A DNA stretch of 55,790 bases, the filler included, from Platydemus manokwari (taxonomy: Eukaryota), in NCBI GenBank assembly GCA_037951405.1. It is 4 parts of 4 records of this genome, joined end to end, with 100 filler letters (N's around TTAATTAATTAA, not from the genome) between each part and the next. Parts side by side here need not be neighbours in the genome. Positions count along the whole stretch, not along the records: positions 45,552 to 55,790 come from JBBMOY011154993.1; 3 more parts are not named here. One strand, written 5' to 3'. This document shows positions 51,741 through 55,790 of the stretch, one piece after another. The notes beneath the pieces are model-generated. The model had not been told where the DNA came from and made no database searches. It saw nothing but the letters and a program-made list of their open reading frames with translations. How positions within the stretch are numbered: the stretch's first letter is position 1; each line of letters starts with the position of its first letter. The translations under genes were made by a program, and so were the position numbers.

Positions 51741-53351
51741 AGAAAAATAGATAGATTAAGAAAAGTACAAGTTAAGTAAAATGTAAATTAGATGAACCAA
51801 ACAAGAATAATTAATTAAGTCATAAGCGTGGGAAGCTATCATAACGGCAACTATAAATACAGTCGTCAATCGTGACCATTACCATCATTCGGACGAAGCG
51901 AAAAACTTGCGATCACCTTTGGTTACAGTTAATATCACCACTATTACATTCGACTTGCAGCGTATTCATCGGAAAATTTATTTTCTTACTATTTTTGGAA
52001 AAGGATTCGCAAACCGTTATCTTTCTTTTGGATCATTTACTGAGCCAGTTGGAAAATTCAAATCATAGTAAGTGTCTTTGAAATAATCATTTTCCATTAA
52101 TTGCACATTTTAACATAACGCTTACTATTTTAAAAATTAAATAGTAATTGCTCATTAACTATATTGATAAATGATAATATTTTACAATAACGTTTTGTCG
52201 GTAATTAACATCCCATAATTTTTGAAAGTAACCATCAGCTTCGTCCGTTACGTGGATTTTCCTGTTAATCGCTCAGTCAAGGTACAGGGCATTTGGCAAA
52301 TTATTTTGTTTTTTTTCATAGTAATTGTTGCATTTTGATTTCCTAATTAATAAACGTTTTCGACTTTGTGATTTGTGTTTTAGTTTTAAAAGTAATTAAT
52401 AGTCTACTAATCAACCTCATTATTGTATCATTATAAAGTTGAGTATCGACTCATTAACTCATTTATGTTATCACAAAGTATTAATTAATTTCTATCTTTT
52501 TATGACCTGTTAACTATTTTCAGCCTCAGAGTGACCTCAGTTCCTCTGCGCTCAAATATTAAATTTAAATTTGTCTAATTTTCCAGTAATTCGGTCATTA
52601 CACCAATTACTGAAGCCCCCGGAACCAGTAAAATCTAAAATCAACCGTAACCAAAAAAATTGTTTGATAACCTATTTGATTAGATATGAATCAAATATTT
52701 TGACTGAAGTATCAAATGATTCACTAAAACTTCAATTTTTATCGGATTCCAATAAATTTAGGCAGTTTTTTTTATCAAATCGATAAATAACTGTGATAAT
52801 ATTTGAGTGATAAATGGCTGATAAATAAATAATAATAATAGGATCATCAATTGAACAAAATCAAATGTCCAAATTAAATAAAGCAACGAGAACAAAACAG
52901 ATAAAAAATTAATTCTATTTATTCGGAACATAACAAATTTATCGTACTCAAATAAGTTAAAAACTATTGTTCAAGTGTTAATTCTTCAAGCAAAATTGCA
53001 CGCACATACATCCTAATAGATCGAATATCCGTACTTAAAAACAACTACGAAACTAAAGTAAATATTTCTAGTCAAGATTCGAGAAATTGATTTTAGTAAG
53101 ATTATGTGCAAAAAATTAATGATTTTCCTTAATTAAATGAGATTATTACTCAAACACTGGCTGAATGAACTAAGTATATTTAAGGTTAGAATATTATGCC
53201 AGTCTATGAACCATAACATGAATAACTGTATAAAAACAACAGGAATTTATACTTTAATTTAAGCAAACAGAATGATATATCAGTTAAGAACGTAGGTGCA
53301 GATGCTATCGGGATGAGTTTTGAATTTCGTGAGTAATAAATTAGTACTTAC

Positions 53352-53402
53352 CGAAATGAGTGCCGGTACATTAATGACTTTTATTAACCAAATCAATATT
53401 CC
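53352..53402 (-). CDS. Isolated candidate 51-nt exon (GILIWLIKVINVPALIS)
   Basis: Strong acceptor atttcag and consensus donor gtaagt. Only phase 0 is open and it encodes a hydrophobic peptide. No partner exons were identified. Confidence 0.3.
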
Positions 53403-54161
53403 CTGAAATGAAGCACTCTACAGATGATAGTAGAAGAGTAATTAATATTGAAATAACAACTGAACATATTTTGGCTTAAGTTAAGAAAAAGGGTCCTTTG
53501 ATCCAATTTAAAAGTAATGACTTTTCGTGAGTTTTTTGATATTAAAACTTATTTGTAATCATATTTTAATGGCTTTCAAAACATTCCTCGACAATTTCTA
53601 TCATTATGCTTAGGGCTGGAAATATATTTCTGTGGCAAGATATTTCTTCAAAGGCGAGGAATCTACAGATTTTGTTGTATCTCAATTAATAATTTTTGAA
53701 TTGTTGGTTTTTTTTAAATAAAAATTGTCAATATTTGTTGCTTATTAGTTTACTAATGGATATAATTTTTTTGTGAGCCTGTGCAGTAAAAGTACTTTAT
53801 TAAGAAAGTTGAAAAGGGACAAGGCTGAATTGTTGAACCAAGTCCCTCTTTGAATTTTGAAAATTATATATGTGTGGCATCTTCACCTGTACGATTTATT
53901 TGATTTAGATCAATTCTTCATTTCATTACAAAATCGACAAATTTGGGATCTATGTATCCAATCTTTTAAATAGATATTAAAATATTTATTTTGAGAGAAA
54001 CACAAGTATTTTGTTCCTGGCACTTCTCAATAATTTCGAAGTTACTTTTTTATAAAATAACTCTTAAAATCTTAAATATCTTTCCAATTGCTTCTAATGT
54101 TAAAAGAAGAGGTCCTTCCTAATTTTCAATTCATTGCATTTTGGCCTACTCTGACCCGCTT

Positions 54162-54236
54162 TTCGAATAATTAATTTTTAGGAGATTTTAAAATTCCTAT
54201 GCATGTATTATTTGATTCTCAAAAACTAAAATTTTG
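54162..54236 (+). repeat. Dispersed AT-rich repeat, partial copy 4
   Basis: ttcgaataattaatttttaggagattttaaa...atttgattctcaaaaactaaaattt matches the start of copy 2. Confidence 0.7.
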
Positions 54237-55444
54237 CTCATAATGTCACTGATATAGGGGATATTGAATTTTATTTCCGTGTAAGTTGGTTATCATGGAT
54301 TATAAATTTATATTACTGATATATCTATGCAGTCAGATATACTTGCTTGTGTCGAGAATCTTTGTATGAGGTAGTGCTTTTAATGGCATAAATAGAAGAT
54401 GTCACTAGACAGTTATTATATTCTTGTGTGTCTATGATAAGAATGTTAAAGATAAAATAAAAAGTTAAAATTAAATTGATTTTTAAACAAACCTTATATT
54501 AACTTTTTTAAGAACAAAAACAGATTTAAATTTTTGTCAATTGCATAATGCGTAATTATTGAGTTATAATTAGTTTTGTTAAGATCTCAGAAGAGAAGAT
54601 CTTAGAGCATGATATGGATATATGTTTAATTTTTTATTTAGCTCTAATAATAATTCAAAGTCTAGAGTTTGAGCGATGGCCTTTGAGAATTTTTTGATTT
54701 TTGGATGAAATTGAAAGATATGGAGTGGGTTATCCTTGGCACGTATATTTGGTACTATGATAAAAGAAAACCTTTACTACATACCATGTATGATTTGAAA
54801 AACTTTGTGTTTTTGAAGAGATGATATGTGAAAGAGCTTATAGAAGTTGACTAAAGTGATGCTTAGAAAAAAGAAATATGTTCAGTGTGAAAGGAAATAT
54901 TAATACCAAAGAGACGAAGTTGCAGTACAGCCCACAAGACTTTGGAACACAAAGTGGTCTTTAATAAATTTATAAATTTATCTGATGATAATTGAAAAAA
55001 TTGTGTAATAATTGAAGAGTTCTTTACAAACAAATGTGTATCGGTAACATTGATCAAGTGAGCAATAAAAATTCAGTACAATATACATAAACTATTTTAC
55101 TGCTAACATATTTAATAAAACAATTGACATGAGCAAAACGGAATTAAAAAATACTAATATATAGTCATAAAGATCCCCAATTTTATTGATTTAATTAAAT
55201 TCGTTTATTCGAAATTTTATTATAATTTAAATTTCTTCGTCACCAAATAAAGCACCGAGAACTCCAAAATATCCGAAACTCAAAATTGCAATAGATTCTC
55301 GCATTAAGGGATAAGAATTGAAATATTTTATAATTTCTGTTTGAAATATGTTAGAATTGAACAAATTTCCATTAAAATATACCTAAAATTCAGAATTTAA
55401 TAAAAACATATTTTAGAACTAATATGAAAAAAGTTAAATAAATG

Positions 55445-55626
55445 GCTTCTAAAATGAAATTTTAAACTTATTGAATGTAATGCATAATTCTGTATAATTT
55501 AATTAAATAAATTCTTTAAAAACATTTTGAATTTTATTTTAAGTACTTAAGAAGAATTTTAGTTGTTTGAAATCAAATATTAAATAGATTAGACTTTAAA
55601 TATCTCCAAAAATTAGATTATTTGAA
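55445..55626 (-). repeat. Dispersed AT-rich repeat, copy 3 (inverted)
   Basis: The reverse complement reads ttcaaataatctaatttttggagatatttaaag...gatttcaaacaactaaaattcttcttaagtacttaaaataaaattc..., matching copies 1 and 2. Confidence 0.85.
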
Positions 55627-55790
55627 AAAATGAAAACATTCGGTTTATAATTGTAATTAATCTCAATTTTTACAATTATTATATAAAAATAGGCAATACT
55701 ATTATTAAACATAACCATAATTAACTCACTTAATTTACAATTAAAAAGGAATTAATTGAAAAACTCAAAAAATCAGATAGAAACGTTATG

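Noticed and set aside
1-55790. Prokaryotic-type systems (CRISPR arrays, operons, defence islands), tRNA, rRNA and spliced-leader RNA genes
   Set aside because: The sequence is spliced animal DNA. I saw no repeat-spacer array, cloverleaf or rRNA-like segment. The other 60-110 aa ORFs look like expected noise in AT-rich DNA.

Overview
This is very AT-rich eukaryotic (animal) genomic DNA, not prokaryotic. It has GT-AG spliced genes mixing ~41-58 nt mini-introns with kb-sized introns, plus (AAT)n tracts. This style would fit a flatworm such as a planarian, but the taxon is only a guess. The window is four contig pieces (1-11976, 12077-29232, 29333-45451, 45552-55790) joined by artificial 100-nt spacers (N44-TTAATTAATTAA-N44), so adjacency across spacers is not biological evidence. 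Five genes are recognisable: a compact SURF6 (+), three internal exons of an SK/KCNN Ca2+-activated K+ channel (-), an intronless 1043-aa ARAP-like PH/ArfGAP/RhoGAP gene (+), the seven 3'-terminal exons of huntingtin (-), and the first four exons of the UTX/KDM6A demethylase (-). The window also holds an orphan single-pass membrane ORF, several unassigned candidate exons, a four-copy dispersed repeat and decayed transposon-like pieces. I found no CRISPR, tRNA, rRNA or operon-like novel system. The best leads are the ARAP-like protein whose ArfGAP catalytic Arg is replaced by Gly while the RhoGAP Arg is intact, a ~100-aa Asn/Ser-rich insertion in huntingtin's C-HEAT region, and an SK gene whose downstream calmodulin-binding exons cannot be found (either a truncated channel or genes nested in its intron). 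Comparisons with human proteins are from memory, not from a database search.
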